From the NCBI GenBank assembly GCA_043810595.1, contig JBDRNX010000022.1, positions 1 to 47,035 on the forward strand: a stretch of 47,035 bases of DNA. Reading direction: 5' to 3'. The notes beneath the pieces are model-generated. The model was not told where the DNA came from. It did not search any database and saw nothing but the letters and a program-made list of their open reading frames with translations. A program made the position numbers and the translations under genes. Each line of letters opens with the position of its first letter. The first letter of the stretch is position 1. Source of the DNA: an archaeon. GTDB lineage: Archaea > Nanobdellota > Nanobdellia > SCGC-AAA011-G17 > VGLX01. Below, one piece after another: positions 28,487 to 37,275 of this stretch.

Positions 28487-28617
28487 AAATACAATAGAAA
28501 AAAGGCTTAATAAATAACTTATGAAGACGAGATAAAGAAATTAGTTGCATAAGCTTTAAAAACGAATTTTAAGGCTTCAGCGAAAACTTTAATAATAAAC
28601 AGGCTCACACATAAATC

Positions 28618-28926
28618 ATGCCAAAAACAAAAGAACAGAAGAAGAAAGAAATCGAGAGTGGCGAGGCAGAAGAAAACATCTACAGCGAAGAAGGCAGGGA
28701 AGAGATGTTCGAAGAAGATGATGAATTAACTGACATAGACGAAGGATTCATGAAAGGGTATGAAGAGGGAGCAAAATCAGCAAAATGTCCTGTCTGCGGC
28801 CAAGTCGTAGAATACGACTTCGTGGAAAGAGAGATAGACGATGACGTGTACAGATTCTGCTCAGAAGAACACGCCGACCTCTACATGAAAAAAATAAACA
28901 GAAGAAGAGAACACAGAAGGGTCTAG
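28618..28926 (+). CDS. acidic small protein with C-terminal TRASH/YHS-like metal-binding domain
   Basis: Very acidic N-terminal half; KCPVCG...VYRFCSEEH. Confidence 0.75.
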   Translation: MPKTKEQKKKEIESGEAEENIYSEEGREEMFEEDDELTDIDEGFMKGYEEGAKSAKCPVCGQVVEYDFVEREIDDDVYRFCSEEHADLYMKKINRRREHRRV

Positions 28927-30146
28927 AAGAACCTCGAAAGTTTAACCTGTTTCTTTATATTTTCCAACATTTTACTTGAAGAAAAAATAAAATTCAAATC
29001 ATACTTGAACTTATCCTTCACGAAAATCCTAGCATAGTCTAGCAGGGCCTCCTTAGAATCAAAATTAACAGGAGTCGAGCCCAGAGCCTTCCTGCTGGCT
29101 TCCCTCACAACCCAAACACCCAAAGGAACAGCATACTCCCCTGTTATGAACCTCAACGCAAGCACACTCGCCTGCCTTTTGGATTGGGCTAATCTTTCTA
29201 ATATGGGAAGCCTCGCAGCATAATAACCGCCAGCAGTAGAATCAGCATATCCCTTCCTCCCATCATAAGACTCGTAATCTGTAGAGAATTGAACCTCAGA
29301 AGAAACATTCCAAGAAGCCTTAGGCAAATAAGTCTCAAACAACTCATAAGACCACACATCAGAAAAGAAAAGAATAAGATAATAATTACCCAAGTAACCA
29401 CCAAAATAAGCCTGGTAAGGAGAAAGGGGATAGTTCTTAACCTCAGAAATGAAATTCTTACCAAGAGTATCATCGACAGCAGTAATCGACCACCTTGTCG
29501 GGACAAGCTTACGATTCTTCTTCAGACCAAGGTTACCTATGGATAAAATCCTGGACAAAAAATTCTCATCAAACTCATTACCATAAAGATAGAGCACAGC
29601 ATCAGCAGCCTTAAGATCGGTGTCAGAAACAACCTTCTCAACCTTCTGAGAAACTTTCGGATTCTCAGTAACACGAACTTTTTCCAACTGAGCGTGAGGA
29701 CCCATGGGAGCAACTACATCGTTAACGTTGACAAAAAACTTAGGCTTCTTCTTCAAATTGACCTCGACATCGACAGGCTTCGAAGCCATACCCACCTCCT
29801 GGGCAATGCTAAGAAACTTGCTCTGCTGTTTGACATTGATGTTAAAGCGAGAGTTCACCAGGGAAGAACGCAAATCAACCAATTCTGCAATGCGATAATC
29901 GTTAGAAGACCAAAAACGAGGAGAGTCATAACGCCAGGCATCATCAGCGGTGTAAGGAGGACTCAAAATACCAACGTTAAGAAAAGGATAGCCAACATGA
30001 CCAACAAAAGGAGCAGGAGAAGAACCATAAAAATCCTTCTCAACAAGCTTTTTCACCCTGAACCTAGCCTCAGACTTAGACAAGATAGGACAGAACGACC
30101 TACCACACATCCTCCTACCTTTACACTTAACACAAAGAATATTCAT
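28923..30146 (-). CDS. nreA: Nre family DNA repair protein
   Basis: CVKCKGRRMCGRSFCPI Zn finger, FVGHVGYP, RKLVPTRWSITAVD, GGYYAARL, PLGVWVVRE, C-terminal PIP box QVKLSRFF. Confidence 0.93.
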   Translation of the reverse strand: MNILCVKCKGRRMCGRSFCPILSKSEARFRVKKLVEKDFYGSSPAPFVGHVGYPFLNVGILSPPYTADDAWRYDSPRFWSSNDYRIAELVDLRSSLVNSRFNINVKQQSKFLSIAQEVGMASKPVDVEVNLKKKPKFFVNVNDVVAPMGPHAQLEKVRVTENPKVSQKVEKVVSDTDLKAADAVLYLYGNEFDENFLSRILSIGNLGLKKNRKLVPTRWSITAVDDTLGKNFISEVKNYPLSPYQAYFGGYLGNYYLILFFSDVWSYELFETYLPKASWNVSSEVQFSTDYESYDGRKGYADSTAGGYYAARLPILERLAQSKRQASVLALRFITGEYAVPLGVWVVREASRKALGSTPVNFDSKEALLDYARIFVKDKFKYDLNFIFSSSKMLENIKKQVKLSRFF

Positions 30147-30177
30147 AAAGCTAAGATGTTTTAGAGATATAAAAGTT

Positions 30178-30471
30178 TTATGTTAAAAACAAAGAGAGCT
30201 CAGGACTTTTTTTATGGACCAAAAATCGTTTTTTATAAATAGCCTTAAGCTCAGGGTCACCTAAACTCCTAAAAAACTCAAACTTTCTAGGCAGAGGACG
30301 ACCGCTAAGAACCTTCGCAATCTTTTCAAGCTCACCCCTAGCAACTTCCTCATCCTTATCATCAAGAAGCGATTTAACAGAATCCAGATTCAAATAATAA
30401 CAGAACAGCTTACCATCCCTCCAAGTTGCATACCCCCCCAATGTATTGGTGCCGAACTTGTATCTTATCAT
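30178..30471 (-). CDS. hypothetical protein (97 aa)
   Basis: Likely ATG at 30471 (MIRYKFG), with a TATA-like box about 25 nt upstream on the minus strand; T/G-ending codons typical of minus-strand genes. Confidence 0.55.
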   Translation of the reverse strand: MIRYKFGTNTLGGYATWRDGKLFCYYLNLDSVKSLLDDKDEEVARGELEKIAKVLSGRPLPRKFEFFRSLGDPELKAIYKKRFLVHKKSPELSLFLT

Positions 30472-30561
30472 GGAACAGCAGAAAAACAAGCGGTATTTAA
30501 CCTTTTCGAAAAGAAAAACTTAATAAAAGATACATTCTAAAACAAAACTAGGGTGAATTAG

Positions 30562-32367
30562 TTGAAATTAAGAAACAAGACGTACTACCTCATTTTCATC
30601 TTCCTAATATCCATACTTCTAGTAAATGCAAAATCCTACACCCTGGAAAAAGCGATGGTAGATATGAAGATCAATGATGACTCAAGCATCTCAGTCAAAG
30701 AATACGTAACATTCAACTTTGATGGAGAGTTCACCTATGCCTATAGGGACATACAGTACGGAGACGTACTCGTACAGGACATCATGGTATACGAATACAT
30801 AAACGAGCAGCTAGTACCTTTAAAGTACGAGACATCAAGCTTGGGATCCAATACCATAAGAATAAAGTGGTACTACACGGCAACGAACGAAGTAAAAACC
30901 TTCGTCATGATTTATGACATGAAAAACGCACTAAAAGCATACAAAGACATCGCAGAATTCTACTGGAAGATATGGGGCGAAGGATGGGAGGTGCCGCTAA
31001 AAGAAATTGAAGGGACAGTTGAACTTCCCAAGCCAGCAAAAGACAACATGGAAGTGTACACATGGGGACATCCACAACTGGACGGAAAAATAGCAATACT
31101 AGAAAACCAAAAAATAATATTCCAAGCATTTGACATACCCGCAAAACAATGGGTAGAGCTAAGGATTGTTTTTCCGCTGGACCTTGTGCCAAAAACGACA
31201 TACGCAAAAAGCATAGACAGAGACGGGCTCCAAGAGATAATAGATGAAGAAAACAAATACCAAGGAGCATTCTCAGGATTTTCAAGATTCAATATAATAA
31301 TTTTCATAATACCATCTTTTGCTATAATCTTACTTTTCACGGTACTTTACTTCATGTATGGGAGAGAGCCAAAGACTAAAGTTTATGAGGCCGTCTACGA
31401 GAGAGAACCACCGTACGATTACTCACCAGCTATAGTCAGCTCGCTAATAAAACAAGCCTACAAAAAACCATCAGCAAGAGACTTCACGGCAGTAATGCTG
31501 AGCCTCTGCTTGAAAGGACACCTAAAACTGAAAGTGCTGCCGAAGCAAAAAACACTCGGCATATTTGGTTCTGACAAAGATTACGAAATAATATTCCAGA
31601 AAAAAGACACATCAAAACTCACAACACAAGAAAAGACTGTGCTCGAAATACTAAAACACTACACCGAGGGAGATTCGATAACCTTTTCAGACCTTAAACG
31701 AAAAGTGAGCGGACATCCACTCCAAGGCAGAGCCAGAATACTCTCAAAAGACGTACGATACTTCCAAAAAAAATTCATGGAATGGCAGAAACAAGTAAAA
31801 GAAGAAGCGATAAGCCACGGATTCTTCCAAAAAAACAATACCTCACTATGGTTCAACATAATATGCGCTGCACTCGGATTTACAAGCATAATATTCCTCA
31901 TATTCACAAAAAATCTTTCGTTCCTAGGAGGATTCTTAGGCATGTTCTTAGGCCTCCTCTTCAACGGAGCAATATTCGCCAACGCACTACCGAGAAGAAC
32001 ACAAAAAGGAGCGCTGCACTACAAAAAATGGATGAACCTAAAAAAATTCCTAAAAGACTTTGGAGCGATAAAAGAAAAGCCGCCAGAATCAATTGTGCTC
32101 TGGGAACAGTTCTTAGTTTATGGAGTTACACTAGGAGTCTCAAAAGAAGTCCAGAAGGCAATGAACATGATACTACCAGATCACAACGTGCAATCAGCAA
32201 TCTTCGTGGGAGGAATCAATTACCACACATTCGACGTTAGCGGATTTGCCGGCGCGGCACACAGCTTCAGCTCAGCATTCGCAACTGCCTCAGGAACCGC
32301 GGGATCAGGAGGATTCGGCGGTGGCGGCGGAGGTGGCGGTGGCGGCGGAGGCGGAGGAGCAGGATAG
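30562..32367 (+). CDS. DUF2207 family membrane protein
   Basis: EFYWKIWG..W, VYTWGHP, ELRIVFP, REPP...SPAIV, KKFLKDF...LWEQFLVYG..LGV, poly-Gly C-terminus; TTG start. Confidence 0.9.
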   Translation: MKLRNKTYYLIFIFLISILLVNAKSYTLEKAMVDMKINDDSSISVKEYVTFNFDGEFTYAYRDIQYGDVLVQDIMVYEYINEQLVPLKYETSSLGSNTIRIKWYYTATNEVKTFVMIYDMKNALKAYKDIAEFYWKIWGEGWEVPLKEIEGTVELPKPAKDNMEVYTWGHPQLDGKIAILENQKIIFQAFDIPAKQWVELRIVFPLDLVPKTTYAKSIDRDGLQEIIDEENKYQGAFSGFSRFNIIIFIIPSFAIILLFTVLYFMYGREPKTKVYEAVYEREPPYDYSPAIVSSLIKQAYKKPSARDFTAVMLSLCLKGHLKLKVLPKQKTLGIFGSDKDYEIIFQKKDTSKLTTQEKTVLEILKHYTEGDSITFSDLKRKVSGHPLQGRARILSKDVRYFQKKFMEWQKQVKEEAISHGFFQKNNTSLWFNIICAALGFTSIIFLIFTKNLSFLGGFLGMFLGLLFNGAIFANALPRRTQKGALHYKKWMNLKKFLKDFGAIKEKPPESIVLWEQFLVYGVTLGVSKEVQKAMNMILPDHNVQSAIFVGGINYHTFDVSGFAGAAHSFSSAFATASGTAGSGGFGGGGGGGGGGGGGGAG

Positions 32368-32418
32368 CGCAACCTTAAGCACAAATTATATAAACAAAAC
32401 TACCAAAAAAATTAACAA

Positions 32419-32595
32419 ATGGGATTACGAGGCATAATAAAAGACATACTGATAGTCTACCTATCATTCATGATAATATACGTAGCAGCAAAAGGAAAAG
32501 ATATAAACCCCCCAATGATAATAGTATCAATAATACTACTGATACTGGTGGCTTGGTTCATGCTTGAAAGAATAGGAATACTAGAACAGATGTGA
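32419..32595 (+). CDS. small 2-TM membrane protein (58 aa; not in ORF track)
   Basis: MGLRGIIKDILIVYLSFMIIYVAAKGKDINPPMIIVSIILLILVAWFMLERIGILEQM; TTATATAA box about 28 nt upstream; its stop codon overlaps the tpiA SD. Confidence 0.75.
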   Translation: MGLRGIIKDILIVYLSFMIIYVAAKGKDINPPMIIVSIILLILVAWFMLERIGILEQM

Positions 32596-32603
32596 GGTGG
32601 AAA

Positions 32604-33248
32604 ATGATTCTGATAAACTTCAAAACATACGCGGAATCAACAGGAAAAAAAGCGATCAAACTAGCCAAAGCAGCAGAGAAAATGAGCCGAGAAACAGGAC
32701 AGAAAATAATAGTAATACCACAAGTACTAGACCTGAAAGAAGTGGCAAAAAAAGTAGGCATAGAGGTTTACGCACAGCACGTGGACGAAAATGATTACGG
32801 AGCATTTACAGGGAGCACGCCGATAGAAGCAGCAAAAGAGGCAGGAGCGAAAGGTAGCATAATAAACCACTCAGAGAATCGCATATCCATAGAAAAGATA
32901 CAAAAAACAGTAGAGAAAGCAAAACAACAACAATTCACCATAGTGGTATGCGTACAAAACGTTGAGGAAGCAAAAATAGTCGACGCATTCAGACCGGATT
33001 ACATAGCATATGAGCCGCAAGAACTTATCGGCGGAACAGTATCAGTTTCAACTGCAAGGCCAGAAGTCATACAAGACATAGTGAGCAGCGTGAGCACACC
33101 AGTAATTGTCGGAGCGGGAGTGAAAAACATGCAGGACGTCAAAAAAAGCATAGAGCTCGGAGCAAAAGGAGTGCTCGTAGCATCCGGCGTTGTAAAATCA
33201 AAAAGTGTTAAGAAAGCAATTAAGGAGCTAGCAGAAGGACTAAAATGA
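32604..33248 (+). CDS. tpiA: triosephosphate isomerase (archaeal type)
   Basis: INFKTY, AQHVD, INHSE, AYEP.ELIG, VGAGV, GVLVASGVVK; GAGGTG SD before ATG 32604. Confidence 0.95.
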   Translation: MILINFKTYAESTGKKAIKLAKAAEKMSRETGQKIIVIPQVLDLKEVAKKVGIEVYAQHVDENDYGAFTGSTPIEAAKEAGAKGSIINHSENRISIEKIQKTVEKAKQQQFTIVVCVQNVEEAKIVDAFRPDYIAYEPQELIGGTVSVSTARPEVIQDIVSSVSTPVIVGAGVKNMQDVKKSIELGAKGVLVASGVVKSKSVKKAIKELAEGLK

Positions 33249-35110
33249 AACAAAAAGCATTATTTGTAAACGCAAAGAAAAAAACGTCAAGAGTAGAAGA
33301 CGTGGAAAGCTTCGGACCAGTGGACTTTGCAGTAGAAAACTACGGCAAGGATTTGTTCATGTTCGGAATGGGACCGCTAGCAGGATCCATAGTACCTGGG
33401 ACACACAGACTGATATTCCTAGGCAAGTCTACACTGTGGGAGGGCCTACTAGAATCAACGTCAGGCGGAGCGGCAATACCCATGTACAGCCTCGGCGTGA
33501 ATTACGTCTCCCTATTAGACAAAGGAGACAAATACCAAATTCTTAAGCTGAAAAACCAACAAGCAGAGTTCATAGAAATAGAAGAAAATGAACTTGAAAA
33601 AATATTTGAAGGTTACAAGGATAAAAAAGGAACTCACGCTCTGCAGCATTACGTTTTTGACAAATACTCAAAAGAATACATAAATGAGAATTGCACGTTC
33701 AGAATACTTGCAGTAGGACCAGCAGCACTTAAGACAATATATGGGGGAATATGCAGCACCGTAATAGACAAAGACCACTTCAGGGAAGGAATGGACTCGT
33801 GGGCAGGAAGGGGAGGTTTCGGAAGCGTACTAGCACAGAAACACAAAATAGTGGCAATAATATTCGGCGGAAACTATGAAGACGATGCAAGGCTAAAAGA
33901 CCTGCAAAAAATAAACAAGATATTCAACGAAGAATTCAAAGAAGCGATGGCAAAAGCAATCATGAACGCAGGCAAAAAATACTACTACGATGATACACTA
34001 AAAACAGGAGGAACCTTCGGAAGCAACTACACAACGCTAAAAGACTGGTTCCTAAGCTTCAACTGGAATTCTATTTATTATCCTGATTCGCAAAGACAGG
34101 AAATGTACGACAAACTGATCAAGGGACACTACCTCAAACAGTTCAACGAAGAAATAATAGAGCCGAGAAAATTCACAACATGCGGAGAAAACTGCCCGAT
34201 AATGTGCAAGAAGTGGGACACCAAGAAATACAAAAAAGACTACGAGCCTTACGAAGCCAACGGACCCAACTCAGGAATATTCGACCAGAGAGCAGCAGAA
34301 ATGCTAGTGCACAGGATAGACGAACTTGGTTATGACGCCATAGAAGTAGGAAACATGATAAGCTGGATAATGGACTTGATAGACCAAGAAATAATCAAAG
34401 GAGAAAATTATGGAATAGAAGGGAAGCCAAAATACAAGTACGAAAACTTCGACGTAGTAAACGACTCAAAGCACAACGCAGAACTGGCGATAAAAATAGC
34501 AGAAATGATACTCACGGATAAAGGAAAAACATTCCAGAAAGGAATAAGGGAAGCAAGCAAAAAGCTGGGAAAAATAGCAAGAGACCTGGCACTGTACACG
34601 CCAAACTGCGAAGGCGGAAGCATAGCACCCTGCCAATACTGGGTGCCAGCATTCTTCCTACCAATACCAATACAAGGAAAATTCCTAAGCGACTACGAGG
34701 TAGGATTCAAAACACCGCACGAACTGGGAAAAAGCTCAGCAGACAGGATGATAAAAGAACTGTATTCAAGCAACACAGGAATATGCAGATTCCACAGAAA
34801 ATGGTCAGAAAAACTCATAGAAAAACTTGTGAACGGACTACTCGGACTGAACATGAACTACTACGAACACCACAAACAACTGGTAAGGAAGATAAGGGAT
34901 TTGAACGATAAATGCGAGAAATCAACGATATGGGAAAGCGAAAAAGTAATCGACTCAATACATCTCTACTACGAAAAACTATACAGGGCAGACAAAGAAA
35001 ACAAAGAACTGGAAAACTGGGTTAACAAATTCAGAAACGACAAATGGAAAACAGCACAAGAATACTGGAACGAAGTCATAAAGGGATTCAACGAGGTAGT
35101 TGAGAAGTGA
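33245..35110 (+). CDS. gor: glyceraldehyde-3-phosphate:ferredoxin oxidoreductase (GAPOR; AOR/tungstopterin family)
   Basis: FGMGPLAGS..PGTHRL, WAGRGGFGS, TGGTFGSNY, CGENCPIMC plus GICRFHR (Fe-S Cys), YEPYEANGP; coupled to tpiA by ATGA overlap. Confidence 0.85.
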   Translation: MKQKALFVNAKKKTSRVEDVESFGPVDFAVENYGKDLFMFGMGPLAGSIVPGTHRLIFLGKSTLWEGLLESTSGGAAIPMYSLGVNYVSLLDKGDKYQILKLKNQQAEFIEIEENELEKIFEGYKDKKGTHALQHYVFDKYSKEYINENCTFRILAVGPAALKTIYGGICSTVIDKDHFREGMDSWAGRGGFGSVLAQKHKIVAIIFGGNYEDDARLKDLQKINKIFNEEFKEAMAKAIMNAGKKYYYDDTLKTGGTFGSNYTTLKDWFLSFNWNSIYYPDSQRQEMYDKLIKGHYLKQFNEEIIEPRKFTTCGENCPIMCKKWDTKKYKKDYEPYEANGPNSGIFDQRAAEMLVHRIDELGYDAIEVGNMISWIMDLIDQEIIKGENYGIEGKPKYKYENFDVVNDSKHNAELAIKIAEMILTDKGKTFQKGIREASKKLGKIARDLALYTPNCEGGSIAPCQYWVPAFFLPIPIQGKFLSDYEVGFKTPHELGKSSADRMIKELYSSNTGICRFHRKWSEKLIEKLVNGLLGLNMNYYEHHKQLVRKIRDLNDKCEKSTIWESEKVIDSIHLYYEKLYRADKENKELENWVNKFRNDKWKTAQEYWNEVIKGFNEVVEK

Positions 35111-35736
35111 AAAAAACACACCTGATAATAATAACTGCGATAATACTTTCCTTTGCCATAGGAATCTACTTCTACCCCCAGCTACCGGACAGGCTGGCGT
35201 CACACTGGAACGCAGAGAGCTTAGTTGACGGGTACATGACAAAATTCTGGGGACTATTTTTAATGCCGATAATAGCGCTAGCAGGATTCCTACTGTTCAT
35301 AGCACTGCCAAAAATAGACCCACTCAAAGAAAACATAGAAAAATTCAGAAAACAATACGACATATTCATAGTTATGTTCATACTGTTCCTGTTTTATTTG
35401 TACATACTAACGCTGCTGTTCAACCTCGGATTCTATTTCAACATGATACAGATGCTGGCACCTGCATTCGGAGCCCTCTTCTACTACATAGGAATACTGA
35501 TGGAAAGCGCAAAAAGAAACTGGTTCATAGGGATAAGAACACCTTGGACACTAAGCAGCGACAAGGTATGGGAAAAAACACACAAGCTCGGAGCAAAACT
35601 ATTCAAGGGAGCAGGAATACTCTCTCTTGGAGCAGTAATACTGCCCGACTACGCGATATACTTCATAATGGTGCCAATAATGGCTGTGGCTGCATACACA
35701 ATCATCTATTCCTACCTAGAATACAAAAAACAGTAA
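35107..35736 (+). CDS. SdpI-family membrane protein (DUF1648 + SdpI)
   Basis: YPQLPDRLASHWN...DG, RNWFIGIRTPWTLSSDKVWEKTH; GTG start overlaps the gor stop. Confidence 0.9.
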   Translation: MKKTHLIIITAIILSFAIGIYFYPQLPDRLASHWNAESLVDGYMTKFWGLFLMPIIALAGFLLFIALPKIDPLKENIEKFRKQYDIFIVMFILFLFYLYILTLLFNLGFYFNMIQMLAPAFGALFYYIGILMESAKRNWFIGIRTPWTLSSDKVWEKTHKLGAKLFKGAGILSLGAVILPDYAIYFIMVPIMAVAAYTIIYSYLEYKKQ

Positions 35737-35743
35737 AAAAGAG

Positions 35744-36055
35744 CTAAGGTAGAATTTCATTTTTGGCAGTCAAATACCAAGCTATAATCATTCTACTGCT
35801 TTTGAAAGCTCCCTGCCTAACATAATGCTCGTTTTTCTCAAGATTCGTACCAAAATCCCTAGCCTTTGCAACTTCATTAAAATACATCCTATCTCCATCT
35901 CTTTTGCTTATGTTGAATACTCTGATCTTAAGATTTCCCAAAGCAACGTCCACACCGTATGATGTCTTAATAAAAGAGGGATTAGCTGGACTAACAAGTT
36001 TCAACTGCCTAAAAATGTAATTGGTTATCCCTTCAAGTCTCTCGTCAGGTATCAT
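35744..36055 (-). CDS. hypothetical protein (103 aa)
   Basis: ATG at 36055 preceded by GGGTGA SD; no motif recognised. Confidence 0.55.
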   Translation of the reverse strand: MIPDERLEGITNYIFRQLKLVSPANPSFIKTSYGVDVALGNLKIRVFNISKRDGDRMYFNEVAKARDFGTNLEKNEHYVRQGAFKSSRMIIAWYLTAKNEILP

Positions 36056-36167
36056 TTTGTCACCCAATATCGTAACAGAACTGTTTTTAAATATTTGTAT
36101 ACTCCAATAAATAAGAAACATTTAAATATTTTCTAATTTTGAGTTAGGGTATCAAAGAGGTGAAAAA

Positions 36168-37274
36168 ATGTCAAAAATCACGGTTTCTACAATAAAAGCG
36201 GATGTGGGAGGCTGGCCGGGACACAGCACAGTACATCCAGAGCTGATAAAAGAGGCTGAAAAACAGCTGAAAAGCAAGAAAAAGCTCCTAGTAGACTATC
36301 ATGTCTCACACTGCGGAGACGACCTGGAGCTGATAATGAGCCACACCAAAGGAGTGGACTCAACAGCGATACACAAAATGGCATGGGACACGTTCGTAGC
36401 ATGCACAAAAATAGCAAAAAGACTCAAACTTTACGGTGCAGGACAAGACCTGCTCAAGGATGCTTTCTCAGGAAACATAAAAGGGATGGGGCCGGGAATA
36501 GCAGAAATGGAATTCACAGAAAGACCAGGCGAACCATTAGTGGTTTTCATGCTGGACAAAACAGAGCCGGGAGCGTTCAACTTCCCAATCTACAAAATGT
36601 TTGCAGACCCCTTCAACACAGCCGGACTGATAATAGACCCAAACATGAGACCAGGATTCAGATTCGAAGTCTGGGACGTCCAAGAACACAAAAAAATAAT
36701 ACTGGACTGCCCAGAAGAAGTATATGACTTACTAACACTAATAGGGGCAAGATCAAGGTACGTGATAAAAAGAGTCTACCCAAGAAATGACAAACTACCA
36801 AGAGACGAGCCAGTAGCTGTCATGTCAACAGAAAAATTATTCCAAATAGCACACAAATATGTGGGCAAAGACGACCCATGCGGAATGGTAAGGGCACAGT
36901 CAGGACTGCCAGCACTCGGAGAAGTTCTTGAGGCTTTCGCATTCCCTCACCTGGTTGACGGATGGATGAGAGGAAGCCACAACGGACCCCTGATGCCTGT
37001 TGGCTTAAAAGACGCTAGGTGCACGAGATTCGACGGACCACCACGAGCAGTAGCGCTAGGATTCCAAGTAGCAAACGGAAAACTAGTGGGACCAGTAGAC
37101 CTGTTTGAAGATGTAGCTTTTGACTACACAAGAAAGGAAGCACAAAAAGCAGCAGAATACATGAGAAGACACGGACCGTTCGAACCACACAGACTGCCAC
37201 TAGCAGACATGGAATACACAACACTACCAGACGTCATGAAGAGACTGAAAGACAGATTCCAAAAACTGAAATAG
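36168..37274 (+). CDS. fbp: bifunctional fructose-1,6-bisphosphate aldolase/phosphatase (class V FBPase)
   Basis: IKADVGGWPGH, CGDD, LYGAGQDLL, DKTEPGAFN, YVGKDDP, GWMRGSHNGP, RRHGPFEPHRLP, MEYT. Confidence 0.97.
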   Translation: MSKITVSTIKADVGGWPGHSTVHPELIKEAEKQLKSKKKLLVDYHVSHCGDDLELIMSHTKGVDSTAIHKMAWDTFVACTKIAKRLKLYGAGQDLLKDAFSGNIKGMGPGIAEMEFTERPGEPLVVFMLDKTEPGAFNFPIYKMFADPFNTAGLIIDPNMRPGFRFEVWDVQEHKKIILDCPEEVYDLLTLIGARSRYVIKRVYPRNDKLPRDEPVAVMSTEKLFQIAHKYVGKDDPCGMVRAQSGLPALGEVLEAFAFPHLVDGWMRGSHNGPLMPVGLKDARCTRFDGPPRAVALGFQVANGKLVGPVDLFEDVAFDYTRKEAQKAAEYMRRHGPFEPHRLPLADMEYTTLPDVMKRLKDRFQKLK

Positions 37275-37275
37275 G

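Noticed and set aside
28449-28517. Plus-strand 22-aa ORF (MTGIMHLIDALRANTIEKRLNK) after GGAGGT as a type I toxin
   Set aside because: Not hydrophobic, SD spacing is long (11 nt), no plus-strand TATA is evident, and G-U pairing favours the minus strand. Kept only as an alternative explanation.
32300-32365. GC-rich GGC/GGT/GGA repeat tract
   Set aside because: It encodes the poly-Gly C-terminus typical of DUF2207 proteins and is not an independent repeat or RNA gene.
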